Shown here: positions 9,896 through 18,616 of the stretch, one piece after another
Layout of the letters: each line of letters begins with the position of its first letter
Position numbering within the stretch: the first letter of the stretch is position 1
Source: Enterobacteria phage vB_EcoM_IME339
Direction: 5' to 3' (one strand)
Sequence record: MH051915
Length of the DNA: 64,000 bases
The notes under the pieces: model-generated
Seen by the model: only the letters and a program-made list of their open reading frames with translations
Database searches by the model: none
What the model was told of the DNA's origin: nothing
Position numbers and translations under genes: made by a program

Positions 9896-10435
9896 ATGAG
9901 AACATTTTTAACTGGTCCTTATCTATCCCTGATGAATGCTTTTACACACCATTCTGATGCTAGAGTAGAAGAAATTTGTAAAAACGATTATATCCCACCA
10001 TTTGAAGACTTACTCAAACAGTATTGCACACTTCGACTAGATGGTGGACGTCAATCTGGTAAATCAACTGCTGTGACTAACTTTGCTGCTAATTGGCTGT
10101 ATGACGGTGGAACAGTTATTGTTCTTTCTAATACTTCAGCTTACGCTAAAATTTCTGCGGGCCACATTAAAAAAGAATTTTCGCGTTATTCTAATGATGA
10201 TATTCGATTCCGCTTATTTACTGATTCTGTGCGCAGTTTTATTGGCAATAAAGGAAGCAAGTTCAGGGGTTTATTGCTTTCGCGAATTTTGTATATAATT
10301 GATGAGCCTGTTAAAGCTCCCGATATGGATAAAATTTATGATATTCATATTGACACTGTACATTACTGTTGCAATAGCAAGTGTTGCATTGGTGGTATTA
10401 CTCGCCCGCAGTTTTTCGTAATTGGAATGCAATGA
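9896..10435 (+). CDS. P-loop NTPase (terminase-like Walker A)
   Basis: Walker A LDGGRQSGKST and Walker B-like ILYIIDEP; ORF track starts 9848, ATG 9896 with RBS chosen. Confidence 0.5.
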   Translation: MRTFLTGPYLSLMNAFTHHSDARVEEICKNDYIPPFEDLLKQYCTLRLDGGRQSGKSTAVTNFAANWLYDGGTVIVLSNTSAYAKISAGHIKKEFSRYSNDDIRFRLFTDSVRSFIGNKGSKFRGLLLSRILYIIDEPVKAPDMDKIYDIHIDTVHYCCNSKCCIGGITRPQFFVIGMQ

Positions 10436-10761
10436 TGACAGATACGCAACTTTTCGAATATCTTTATTTTTCGCCAAAAACTATTAAAAATAAATTGGTG
10501 AATCATTTTGAAATTTTGGCAAATAACAACGTCTTGAGCGAATTTTATCCTAAGCAATACAAATTACAAAAAGGTGTATTCAAAGGATGCAGAGTTTTGT
10601 GTACTGCTCCTAATGCAAGATTAATGAATAAAATTCCATATTTTACCATGGAATTTATTGATGGACCTTTTAAAGGACTAATCACCCAAAGTTTAATGGC
10701 ATATGATTCTGAGCCATTTTTAATTAAAGAACAATCTTGGATAAATTTATTTTCTAATTGA
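10432..10761 (+). CDS. hypothetical protein
   Basis: ORF track 10381 overlaps upstream gene; internal ATG 10432 at upstream stop chosen. Confidence 0.45.
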   Translation: MMTDTQLFEYLYFSPKTIKNKLVNHFEILANNNVLSEFYPKQYKLQKGVFKGCRVLCTAPNARLMNKIPYFTMEFIDGPFKGLITQSLMAYDSEPFLIKEQSWINLFSN

Positions 10762-10769
10762 GAGGTTAT

Positions 10770-11132
10770 ATGAAAGCATATCAAATTCTTGAAGGCACGC
10801 ATAAAGGTACTATTTATTTTGAAGATGGTATTCAAGCGCGAATTATTGTTTCTAAAACCTTTAAAGAGGACTCTTTTGTAGACCCAGAAATTTTCTATGG
10901 TTTGCATGCCCGTGAAATTGAAATTGAAACACAACCTACAGTTAAAATTGAAGGTGGTCAACACCTGAACGTTAACGTTCTGCGTCGTGAAACTCTGGAA
11001 GATGCAGTTAAGCATCCGGAAAAATATCCGCAGCTGACCATCCGTGTATCCGGTTATGCAGTTCGCTTTAACTCTCTGACTCCGGAACAGCAACGCGACG
11101 TTATTGCTCGTACCTTTACTGAGAGTTTGTAA
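10770..11132 (+). CDS. autonomous glycyl-radical cofactor (GrcA/YfiD-like; T4 Y06I equivalent)
   Basis: C-terminal ~60 aa [60 protein letters not shown] matches E. coli GrcA incl. glycyl-radical motif RVSGY. Confidence 0.85.
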   Translation: MKAYQILEGTHKGTIYFEDGIQARIIVSKTFKEDSFVDPEIFYGLHAREIEIETQPTVKIEGGQHLNVNVLRRETLEDAVKHPEKYPQLTIRVSGYAVRFNSLTPEQQRDVIARTFTESL

Positions 11133-11353
11133 TGGCAAAGATAATTATTGAAGGTTCTGAAGATGTGTTAAATGCTTTCGCCGAATGGTTTAGTAATTCA
11201 GGCGAACAGCAATTTAATGAAGCGTGGAACATGGGTGATATTAGTGGAATTTATCCTACGACAGAAATTTCTGTTCAAGGATATGGAATTCATGAACCTA
11301 TTCGTTTAGTTGAATATGATTTATGTACTGGTGAGGAAGTCAAATATGATTGA
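11132..11353 (+). CDS. hypothetical protein
   Basis: 73 aa ORF, TAATG junction with GrcA-like gene. Confidence 0.45.
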   Translation: MAKIIIEGSEDVLNAFAEWFSNSGEQQFNEAWNMGDISGIYPTTEISVQGYGIHEPIRLVEYDLCTGEEVKYD

Positions 11354-11612
11354 AGATATTAAGGGTTATAAGCCACATACTGAAGAGAAAATCGGTAAAG
11401 TGAATGCTATCAAAGATGCTGAAGTTCGTTTAGGACTTATCTTTGATGCTTTATATGATGAATTCTGGGAAGCACTAGATAATTGTGAAGACTGTGAATT
11501 CGCGAAGAATTATGCTGAAAGCCTTGATCAGTTAACTATTGCTAAAACTAAACTCAAAGAAGCCAGTATGTGGGCTTGTCGTGCTGTGTTCCAACCAGAG
11601 GAAAAATATTAA
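11346..11612 (+). CDS. small acidic protein at the T4 vs.4 (Acb2 anti-CBASS sponge) position
   Basis: 88 aa from ATG 11346 (ORF track 11310); assignment positional, sequence not verified. Confidence 0.45.
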   Translation: MIEDIKGYKPHTEEKIGKVNAIKDAEVRLGLIFDALYDEFWEALDNCEDCEFAKNYAESLDQLTIAKTKLKEASMWACRAVFQPEEKY

Positions 11613-11890
11613 TGGCTCAATTAAGCGCAGGGTTTGGTTATGAGTATTATACTGCCCCTCGTCGTGTATCTGTCGCTCCTAAGAAAATTCAAAGTCTTGA
11701 TGACTTCCAAGAAGTAGTCCGTAAAGCTTTCCAGGACTACGCACGTTATCTTAAAGAAGATTCACAGGACTGTCTCGAAGAAGATGAAATTGCTTACTAT
11801 GAGCAGCGTCTTGAACAGCTTAAAAACCTACATGAGGTTCGTGCAGAAGTTACAAAGTCTATGAATAAATTGATTAGATTTAAAGAATAA
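11612..11890 (+). CDS. hypothetical protein
   Basis: ATG 11612 overlapping upstream stop; 92 aa. Confidence 0.45.
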   Translation: MAQLSAGFGYEYYTAPRRVSVAPKKIQSLDDFQEVVRKAFQDYARYLKEDSQDCLEEDEIAYYEQRLEQLKNLHEVRAEVTKSMNKLIRFKE

Positions 11891-11925
11891 CTGTTTACTT
11901 TTCCTCTTGACTGTGGTATAATTTT
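11890..11925 (+). promoter_or_regulatory. T4-type early promoter upstream of regB
   Basis: ctGTTTACttttcctcttgactgtggTATAAT. Confidence 0.55.
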
Positions 11926-11949
11926 TCTATCAGTTAAGAGGAGAATAAC

Positions 11950-12411
11950 ATGACTATCAACACAGAAGTTTTTATCCGTCGAAATAAGCTCCGTCGTCAC
12001 TTTGAGTCGGAGTTTCGTCAAATTAACAATGAGATTCGTGAGGCATCAAAAGCAGCAGGGGTCTCATCGTTTCATCTAAAATATTCTCAACATCTTCTTG
12101 ATCGTGCAATTCAACGGGAGATTGATGAGACATATGTTTTTGAATTATTCCACAAAATAAAAGACCATGTTTTAGAAGTTAATGAATTCCTGAGTATGCC
12201 TCCACGCCCTGATATTGACGAAGATTTTATTGATGGTGTTGAATATCGTCCTGGGCGTTTAGAAATCACAGATGGAAATCTTTGGCTTGGATTTACAGTT
12301 TGTAAACCTAATGCGAAGTTCAAAGACCCGTCGCTTCAATGCAGGATGGCAATTATCAACAGTCGTCGTTTACCGGGAAAGGCTTCTAAGGCAGTAATTA
12401 AAACTCAATGA
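11950..12411 (+). CDS. regB: RegB-like site-specific endoribonuclease
   Basis: 153 aa, size and position (upstream of vs/tk) as T4 RegB; sequence recall moderate. Confidence 0.7.
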   Translation: MTINTEVFIRRNKLRRHFESEFRQINNEIREASKAAGVSSFHLKYSQHLLDRAIQREIDETYVFELFHKIKDHVLEVNEFLSMPPRPDIDEDFIDGVEYRPGRLEITDGNLWLGFTVCKPNAKFKDPSLQCRMAIINSRRLPGKASKAVIKTQ

Positions 12412-12418
12412 GGTAAGC

Positions 12419-12964
12419 ATGAGAAAAGCACTACTCGCTGGTCTATTGGCCATTTCTATGATGGCACATAGCTCCGAGCATACTTTCAGTAATGTCCAAC
12501 TCGATAACATGCGTTACGCGTATCAATTCGGGGAACAATTTTCTAAGGATGGAAAATATAAAACACACAAAAATATCCACAAGAGCGGATTAGGCCATAT
12601 AATGGCTGCTATTTTATGGCAAGAAAGCTCTGCCGGAGTTAATTTAAAATCTAAACCAAAGCATCACGCTTATGGAATGTTCCAAAATTATTTGCCTACT
12701 ATGCGAGCGAGAGTTAAGGAACTTGGTTATAATATGACCGATGCTGAAATAAAAAGAATGTTGAATAAACGGTCCAATTCAGCTTCCTGGGCGTACATTG
12801 AACTTTCTTATTGGTTAAATATACATAAGGGCGATATAAGAAAGGCAATATCCTCTTATAATTCGGGATGGAATGTTAAAGCAGGTTCTAAATATGCTTC
12901 TGAAGTCCTAGAAAAGGCTAATTACCTTAAAAATAATAAACTTTTGGAAATAGTAAATGACTAA
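12419..12964 (+). CDS. secreted protein with lytic-transglycosylase (SLT)-like motifs
   Basis: N-terminal signal peptide MRKALLAGLLAISMMAHS; motifs WQESSAG...YGMFQN resemble SLT-domain E-S ... GLMQ. Confidence 0.6.
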   Translation: MRKALLAGLLAISMMAHSSEHTFSNVQLDNMRYAYQFGEQFSKDGKYKTHKNIHKSGLGHIMAAILWQESSAGVNLKSKPKHHAYGMFQNYLPTMRARVKELGYNMTDAEIKRMLNKRSNSASWAYIELSYWLNIHKGDIRKAISSYNSGWNVKAGSKYASEVLEKANYLKNNKLLEIVND

Positions 12965-13304
12965 AATTTTGGTTTTATGTATAGGATTAATTTCATTTTC
13001 TGCTTCTGCGTTAGCAAATACATCATATACTGAAATTAGAGAGTATGTAAATCGCACTGCGGCAGATTATTGTGGGAAAAATAAAGCATGCCAAGCTGAA
13101 TTTGCGCAGAAATTAATATATGCATATAAAGACGGAGAAAGAGATAAATCAAGCAGATACAAAAACGATACATTATTAAAACGATATGCTAAAAAGTGGA
13201 ATACCTTAGAATGTTCAGTTGCGGAGGAGAAAGATAAAGCCGCTTGTCATTCAATGGTTGACCGTTTGGTAGATTCTTATAATCGAGGATTGAGTACTAG
13301 ATGA
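12957..13304 (+). CDS. small secreted protein at the T4 vs position
   Basis: 115 aa with signal peptide MTKILVLCIGLISFSASALA; Cys-containing; identity with T4 Vs not verified. Confidence 0.5.
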   Translation: MTKILVLCIGLISFSASALANTSYTEIREYVNRTAADYCGKNKACQAEFAQKLIYAYKDGERDKSSRYKNDTLLKRYAKKWNTLECSVAEEKDKAACHSMVDRLVDSYNRGLSTR

Positions 13305-13768
13305 TTGTAAAATATATCAAGGGCGATATTGTCGCCCTTTTCGCTGAAGGTAAAAATATTGCGCATGGATGCAATTGTTTTCATACTATGGGTTCAGGCG
13401 TAGCGGGTCAATTAACCAAAGCTTTCCCTAAAATTTTGGAAGCTGATAAATTACAGACTGAATGGGGTGATGTAACTAAACTTGGTTCTTACTCAGTCTA
13501 TGAAAAATACTTTAGGACTCATAAAGCGTATTGCTTCAACCTTTATACTCAATTTCAACCAGGGCCAAATTTTGAGTATTCCGCTTTAATGAATTGTATG
13601 TTAGAATTAAATGAGTTTGGTGAAAATAAACTGATTAAACCTACAATCTATATGCCTAGGATTGGTGCAGGCATAGGTAAAGGGAACTGGGATATTATTG
13701 AGGGGATTTTAGATACATATTCCTCTAAATTAGAAATTGTGATTGTTGATTGGGAACCATTATTATGA
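13301..13768 (+). CDS. macro-domain protein (putative ADP-ribose binding/hydrolase)
   Basis: KGDIVALFAEGKNIAHGCNCFHTMGSGVAGQL and IYMPRIGAGIGKGNW resemble macro-domain GDI..VNAAN..GGGV and G-I-Y-G motifs. Confidence 0.6.
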   Translation: MIVKYIKGDIVALFAEGKNIAHGCNCFHTMGSGVAGQLTKAFPKILEADKLQTEWGDVTKLGSYSVYEKYFRTHKAYCFNLYTQFQPGPNFEYSALMNCMLELNEFGENKLIKPTIYMPRIGAGIGKGNWDIIEGILDTYSSKLEIVIVDWEPLL

Positions 13769-13977
13769 ATATACATTATCCACATCCATATGACCCAAAG
13801 AATAAGGCAGTAATTATTCGTCAATGGGAACGCATTTGCCGTACTAAATGCCCAATTAATAGTCCACATGACGTAGATAAAGACTACATTGGAACATTCG
13901 TTGAATATACCTTTATTGATAAGAAAGGTCGTAAACAGCATGTAGAAGAATACTGCTTAAAGGTTACATGGTTATGA
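13765..13977 (+). CDS. hypothetical protein
   Basis: ORF track 13750; ATG 13765 overlapping upstream stop. Confidence 0.45.
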   Translation: MNIHYPHPYDPKNKAVIIRQWERICRTKCPINSPHDVDKDYIGTFVEYTFIDKKGRKQHVEEYCLKVTWL

Positions 13978-14180
13978 GCCAAACTAGTATTCTTAAAAAT
14001 GCCCATTGTGAAAAGTGTAAATGGCCAGTTGTTTTTGCTTTATGCAACGATGAAATGGCTTGTGATTTCGATTATTGGTGCTATTGTTCTAATAAAGGAT
14101 GCATCAATCATAAAGGTGAAGGATTTTATTCGGGATTTTATCCTTATCCAGATTTCGTTAAAGAAGGTAAACCGAAATGA
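13968..14180 (+). CDS. small Cys-rich (probable zinc-binding) protein
   Basis: 70 aa with CEKC...C...C..C..C pattern. Confidence 0.45.
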   Translation: MVMSQTSILKNAHCEKCKWPVVFALCNDEMACDFDYWCYCSNKGCINHKGEGFYSGFYPYPDFVKEGKPK

Positions 14181-14350
14181 ATAGTTCTGAGTTACAGTAT
14201 GAAGTGTTACGTGAGCTTGATAATTTAATTGAACTCGCTGTCAATAAAGGTTTTGCCATTGGAATCGGTCAAAAAGATACTGGTCATTTAACTATGGAAA
14301 TATTTAAGCAAAAGCGAATTATTTTAAAACTCCTGGAAATTAATATATGA
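14177..14350 (+). CDS. small hypothetical protein
   Basis: 57 aa ORF not in track; ATGA overlaps on both sides. Confidence 0.4.
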   Translation: MNSSELQYEVLRELDNLIELAVNKGFAIGIGQKDTGHLTMEIFKQKRIILKLLEINI

Positions 14351-14532
14351 GTCTGAGTAAAGAACAAAAAGATAAATTGTTTGAGCTTATCCATGAACTT
14401 CTAGATGAGCATACAGAAGCAAACACCTTTTATGATGAATACGGCCCGCTATCTCCCGAACAGCAAGAAGAATTTGCTGATCGGTTTGATAAGAAAGAAA
14501 ACGAATTAATAGCTTATGTGAATACGCTTTAA
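14347..14532 (+). CDS. small acidic hypothetical protein
   Basis: 61 aa ORF. Confidence 0.45.
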   Translation: MSLSKEQKDKLFELIHELLDEHTEANTFYDEYGPLSPEQQEEFADRFDKKENELIAYVNTL

Positions 14533-14541
14533 GAAGGTGAT

Positions 14542-15123
14542 ATGGCGAGTTTAATTTTTACTTATGCAGCAATGAATGCTGGAAAATCTGCTTCTCTTTT
14601 GACTGCTGCGCATAATTATAAAGAGCGCGGAATGAGTGTATTAGTTCTTAAGCCTGCTATTGATACTCGCGATTCTGTCTGTGAAGTCGTTTCTCGCATT
14701 GGAATTAAGCAGGAAGCAAATATTATTACAGATGATATGGATATTTTCGAGTTCTATAAATGGGCTGAAGCACAAAAAGATATTCATTGCGTATTTGTAG
14801 ATGAAGCCCAGTTTTTAAAAACTGAACAGGTGCATCAATTGAGCCGAATTGTTGATACATATAATGTTCCTGTTATGGCCTATGGTCTAAGGACTGATTT
14901 CGCCGGAAAATTATTTGAAGGTTCTAAAGAACTTTTGGCGATTGCAGATAAACTTATTGAACTAAAGGCAGTTTGTCATTGTGGTAAAAAAGCTATTATG
15001 ACAGCTCGATTAATGGAAGATGGAACACCCGTTAAAGAAGGTAATCAAATCTGTATTGGTGATGAAATTTATGTTTCTTTGTGTAGAAAACATTGGAATG
15101 AATTAACTAAAAAGCTCGGTTAG
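14542..15123 (+). CDS. tk: thymidine kinase
   Basis: 193 aa; P-loop AAMNAGKSASLL; C-terminal zinc-site cysteines; matches remembered T4 Tk. Confidence 0.9.
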   Translation: MASLIFTYAAMNAGKSASLLTAAHNYKERGMSVLVLKPAIDTRDSVCEVVSRIGIKQEANIITDDMDIFEFYKWAEAQKDIHCVFVDEAQFLKTEQVHQLSRIVDTYNVPVMAYGLRTDFAGKLFEGSKELLAIADKLIELKAVCHCGKKAIMTARLMEDGTPVKEGNQICIGDEIYVSLCRKHWNELTKKLG

Positions 15124-15132
15124 TGCAAAAGT

Positions 15133-15140
15133 TATAAATA
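15133..15140 (+). promoter_or_regulatory. T4 late promoter TATAAATA upstream of rI region
   Basis: gtTATAAATAgg 26 bp before ORF 15166. Confidence 0.5.
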
Positions 15141-15165
15141 GGTTTATCTAACTAAAGGGGTATAT

Positions 15166-15378
15166 ATGCTACAATTAACTGAAAAGCAACTTCGCAATCT
15201 TACTGTTCTTCAATTAGATGAAATTCGTAGGGAAGTTGGAAATATCATTTCAGCTTTGCGTCGAGAAGTATCACTCAACCAATCTCCGGCAGACTATACT
15301 AGATTGCGAAATTTTGAAAAATACCTTGATAAAGTTAAGGCCGTGCATCGGCATAAAGTAAATACAGGACAAAAATGA
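15166..15378 (+). CDS. hypothetical protein (rI.1 position)
   Basis: 70 aa ORF with aaggggtatatATG RBS. Confidence 0.5.
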
Positions 15379-15390
15379 TAGGAGGCCTTT

Positions 15391-15684
15391 ATGGCCTTAA
15401 AAGCAACGGCACTATTTGCCATGCTAGGATTAGCGTTTGCTTTATCTCCACCGATTGAAGCGAATGTCGATCCTCATTTTGATAAATTTATGGAATCTGG
15501 TATTAGACACGTTTATATGCTTTTTGAAAACAAAAGCGTAGAATCATCTGAACAGTTCTATAGTTTTATGCGAACGACTTATAAAAATGACCCGTGCTCT
15601 TCCGATTTTGAATGTATAGAGCGAGGCGCGGAGATGGCACAATCATACGCTAGAATTATGAACATTAAATTGGAGACTGAATGA
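15391..15684 (+). CDS. rI: lysis-inhibition regulator RI (periplasmic antiholin)
   Basis: 97 aa with N-terminal signal-anchor MALKATALFAMLGLAFALS; size and position as T4 RI. Confidence 0.8.
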   Translation: MALKATALFAMLGLAFALSPPIEANVDPHFDKFMESGIRHVYMLFENKSVESSEQFYSFMRTTYKNDPCSSDFECIERGAEMAQSYARIMNIKLETE

Positions 15685-16067
15685 AATTCAGCGACTTTTC
15701 ACAAAGTGGAAAACCTTCAAAGGCAGATGAATACTTAGGTTTATTAATGGCTGCACAAGCTTATTTTCATTCTGCGCATTTTGAAACTAAAAATTATGCT
15801 AGACACAAAGCATACGATTTTATTTTCTCCGAGTTGCCAGATTTGATTGATAAATTTGGTGAGCAATATTTGGGGTATTCTGGTAGAAAATACACGCCGT
15901 CAATTCCGGATGCCAGTAAACTTCCTACCGACACAATTAAAATGATTGATCGTATACTAGACCAATCTGACAGCATTTACAAAGAAATGCCTCCAGCCAT
16001 TCAAAGCACGATAGATGATATTACTGGAATGTTTTACCAGAGTAAGTATCTTCTTTCCCTCGAATAA
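15681..16067 (+). CDS. hypothetical protein (rI.-1 position)
   Basis: 128 aa, ATGA overlap with rI. Confidence 0.55.
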   Translation: MKFSDFSQSGKPSKADEYLGLLMAAQAYFHSAHFETKNYARHKAYDFIFSELPDLIDKFGEQYLGYSGRKYTPSIPDASKLPTDTIKMIDRILDQSDSIYKEMPPAIQSTIDDITGMFYQSKYLLSLE

Positions 16068-16073
16068 CATTAG

Positions 16074-16095
16074 TCTCCTTCGGGAGACTTTTTTC
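16074..16095 (+). terminator. intrinsic terminator
   Basis: gtctccttcgggagac + tttttt. Confidence 0.7.
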
Positions 16096-16102
16096 ATTTT
16101 AC

Positions 16103-16136
16103 CGGTTTACTTTCCATTTGAGCTGTGATACTATAC
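16103..16136 (+). promoter_or_regulatory. T4-type early promoter
   Basis: ccgGTTTACtttccatttgagctgtgaTACTAT. Confidence 0.55.
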
Positions 16137-16162
16137 AACCATCGGATAAAGAGGAGAACATC

Positions 16163-16351
16163 ATGAAAATTGAAGCACTTAATCAAGAAGGAAATATCTA
16201 CGTCATCATTAATGGTGATTTTTTCGTCGACATGGATGAAGTTACTAGTGAAGAACTTGTAGAACTTCTTAAGAAACGCTATGATATGTGTGATGAAGCT
16301 GCAACTCATATGGCGTGTGCAATATTCTCTCTTTCATATGTGGTGGAATAA
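16163..16351 (+). CDS. small acidic hypothetical protein
   Basis: ATG 16163 with aagaggagaacatcATG RBS (ORF track 16118). Confidence 0.45.
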   Translation: MKIEALNQEGNIYVIINGDFFVDMDEVTSEELVELLKKRYDMCDEAATHMACAIFSLSYVVE

Positions 16352-16533
16352 TGATTAGTATCGAACAAGCAGATAAAATTAAAGAATTGGTAGCTTTAAT
16401 TCGCAAAGCAGATGAGGAACGCGTTAACTTTGCCTTATCAGGTATTGAAGAATTTGAAGCTAAAGTTGATAATGCTTTAGAAGCTTTAGATATGTTTCTT
16501 GATGAAATTATCGATCATAATACGAGAGTTTAA
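16351..16533 (+). CDS. small helical hypothetical protein
   Basis: ATG 16351 overlapping upstream stop (ORF track 16315). Confidence 0.45.
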   Translation: MISIEQADKIKELVALIRKADEERVNFALSGIEEFEAKVDNALEALDMFLDEIIDHNTRV

Positions 16534-16535
16534 GT

Positions 16536-16730
16536 ATGCTAACACGTGAACAGTTTGAAAAAATCATTAAATTAGCACGTGATATTGAAATAGATTCATA
16601 CCAATTGGCAGTTGAGCATTGTGAAGGATATTCATACGATGGTATAGAAGCAGCTAAAAAGGATTTGGATAAATCCAAAGCTAAGTTAGTTCAATATCTT
16701 GAAATGATTAGGTGGAATAATGAAAACTGA
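16536..16730 (+). CDS. small helical hypothetical protein
   Basis: 64 aa ORF. Confidence 0.45.
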   Translation: MLTREQFEKIIKLARDIEIDSYQLAVEHCEGYSYDGIEAAKKDLDKSKAKLVQYLEMIRWNNEN

Positions 16731-16893
16731 AAAGCAGATGTTTTTAATGAAGCTAATTGAAGAATATGCTAACGCAGTTTCTGACTATGAGTATTCTGCT
16801 CGGGAAAGAGGTACAGCTTTCGCAAAGGAAGAAATGAAAATCATGGTTGATGCTCACACAAAGCTTCAGAATTTTATTGAAAACGTCATTTAA
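16720..16893 (+). CDS. small hypothetical protein
   Basis: 57 aa ORF not in track; overlaps upstream stop. Confidence 0.4.
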   Translation: MKTEKQMFLMKLIEEYANAVSDYEYSARERGTAFAKEEMKIMVDAHTKLQNFIENVI

Positions 16894-16927
16894 TAGTTTA
16901 CAGGTTGGCAAGGTTATGGTATAGTAA
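16894..16927 (+). promoter_or_regulatory. T4-type early promoter
   Basis: tagtttacaggttggcaaggttatggtatagt. Confidence 0.5.
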
Positions 16928-17060
16928 TCTTGTCAACTGTCAAGGAGAAGAGAATGAAAGTTTTGTTTGTTGTGTATGTGATGATTCAATATAATTACCC
17001 AATGTTTACTTATAATCTGGTGAACAACATTATTGATATTATTCAAAGGAGTATGTAATT

Positions 17061-17618
17061 GTGAGTGAGTCGAAGAGAATCAATATGAAACGATTGGTAT
17101 TAGAAGTTAGTCCGCTTTTTGGCGAATTGGCTATAGAAAAAGTAAATAATATGTATCGTTTGACGCAAGAAGACGATATGCTATATTTTACGCCCAGTGA
17201 AATCATTCATTTAACCCAAATTGAAAATCCTTATACTGATAAAATTGTAAGCATTAATGATGAGCATAAAATTCATTTTTATTCTTCATGCCCAGGATTT
17301 AATATTGAAAGCGAGTCAATATGCTTATCAGTTATCCATTGGGACAGTTTTATAGATAAGATTAAATATTTTTATTATTCTAATGAAAGAAAACATAGTT
17401 TAAAATGGTTTAAAAATTGCAATGCTATTATTACTAACGCTTGCAATCAGAATGATGAAACTGTTTTAAACGTATCAAAATGTTATGAAGATGGAGACGT
17501 CTTAACTATTCGTCAAATTGACGATTTTCGATCGCATATTGTCACATTTACCAAAGACGAAGCTATTGCGCTAAAGACTTATCTTGATTCTGTCATTCCA
17601 ACTATGATTTCAAAGTGA
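17061..17618 (+). CDS. hypothetical protein, tandem paralog A
   Basis: 185 aa (GTG start in track); C-terminus FTKDEAIALKTYLDSVIPTMISK parallels next ORF. Confidence 0.5.
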   Translation: MSESKRINMKRLVLEVSPLFGELAIEKVNNMYRLTQEDDMLYFTPSEIIHLTQIENPYTDKIVSINDEHKIHFYSSCPGFNIESESICLSVIHWDSFIDKIKYFYYSNERKHSLKWFKNCNAIITNACNQNDETVLNVSKCYEDGDVLTIRQIDDFRSHIVTFTKDEAIALKTYLDSVIPTMISK

Positions 17619-17624
17619 GGAAAT

Positions 17625-18146
17625 ATGTTTATTTCAAGTGGAAGTGGTTTAATTCGTGTTGAATTTAAAAATGACATCTTCCTTATTCAAGGAGACGATA
17701 TTATTAAAATGAGTTATGATGAAATTAAGAAAATTTGTAATGCTCTTGAAAATCATGGAAAGGTGAATGCTGTCATTGATATTGGCGATTTATGGGTGAC
17801 ACTTTATGAAGTATCCGAAGGATTTAACATTGAAGATGAAAACAACATCTTAGCTATTGATAAAAGAAGCGATTTGTTTGATGTGTTAAAAGTTTATGAA
17901 CAGTCAAACGGTGGAAGAAAAGCTGCATTGATTTATCAAAAACCACATTCATGTGGAACTGCTTCAATTATTTCAGATATTGAAGATGAAACTGATACTT
18001 ATATGTGTATTTTAAAAGCTGGTGGTGACCGTCATCCGGATTTTATTTCTATTCGTCAAAACAATGGAGAAATTTCATTATCAAAATCAGAAGCTGAAGC
18101 TATGATTAAGTATTTAACAACTGTTACACCTTCAATGAAAGGATGA
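17625..18146 (+). CDS. hypothetical protein, tandem paralog B
   Basis: 173 aa; C-terminus LSKSEAEAMIKYLTTVTPSMKG parallels upstream ORF. Confidence 0.5.
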   Translation: MFISSGSGLIRVEFKNDIFLIQGDDIIKMSYDEIKKICNALENHGKVNAVIDIGDLWVTLYEVSEGFNIEDENNILAIDKRSDLFDVLKVYEQSNGGRKAALIYQKPHSCGTASIISDIEDETDTYMCILKAGGDRHPDFISIRQNNGEISLSKSEAEAMIKYLTTVTPSMKG

Positions 18147-18154
18147 TTATAATT

Positions 18155-18616
18155 ATGGTTATTAATGAAAACTCTTGGCATTATAAATTATTCAAAATGT
18201 TTAACGACGAATGGAAACGACCTAAGACACTGTGCGCGTATTTTTGGTCTATTGTTATCCCTACATTTTTCGTTTCTTTATTCGGATGTACTATGCTCGC
18301 AGGTCTAACTATTATCTGCGCAGAAATCATACAGAAATGGCTTATTTTTGGTAGTTTATGGACTCTTATTCCATCAGCATTTATACTTGCCATTTTGCTT
18401 GTTTTACTTATTATTGGTTCATTTGTTATTCCTGCACAACTGCATGAAAAATATAAAGATTATAAATGGAAAAAGGATTATGCTTTACATGTAGAAAATA
18501 TTGATAGGGCGTATAAAGGTTTACCTCCTATTCAACCCAAGAAATCTATTATCGTCGAATTTTTAAAAGCGCGCAAAGCTAAAGTATGTCCTGTTATTGA
18601 ATATAAGGCTGAATGA
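18155..18616 (+). CDS. membrane protein
   Basis: ORF track 18143; several hydrophobic helices. Confidence 0.5.
   Translation: MVINENSWHYKLFKMFNDEWKRPKTLCAYFWSIVIPTFFVSLFGCTMLAGLTIICAEIIQKWLIFGSLWTLIPSAFILAILLVLLIIGSFVIPAQLHEKYKDYKWKKDYALHVENIDRAYKGLPPIQPKKSIIVEFLKARKAKVCPVIEYKAE

Noticed and set aside
10545-11138. 197 aa minus-strand ORF
   Set aside because: Lies antisense to the GrcA-like gene and neighbours, which have strong + strand coding evidence; no RBS; typical shadow ORF in AT-rich phage DNA
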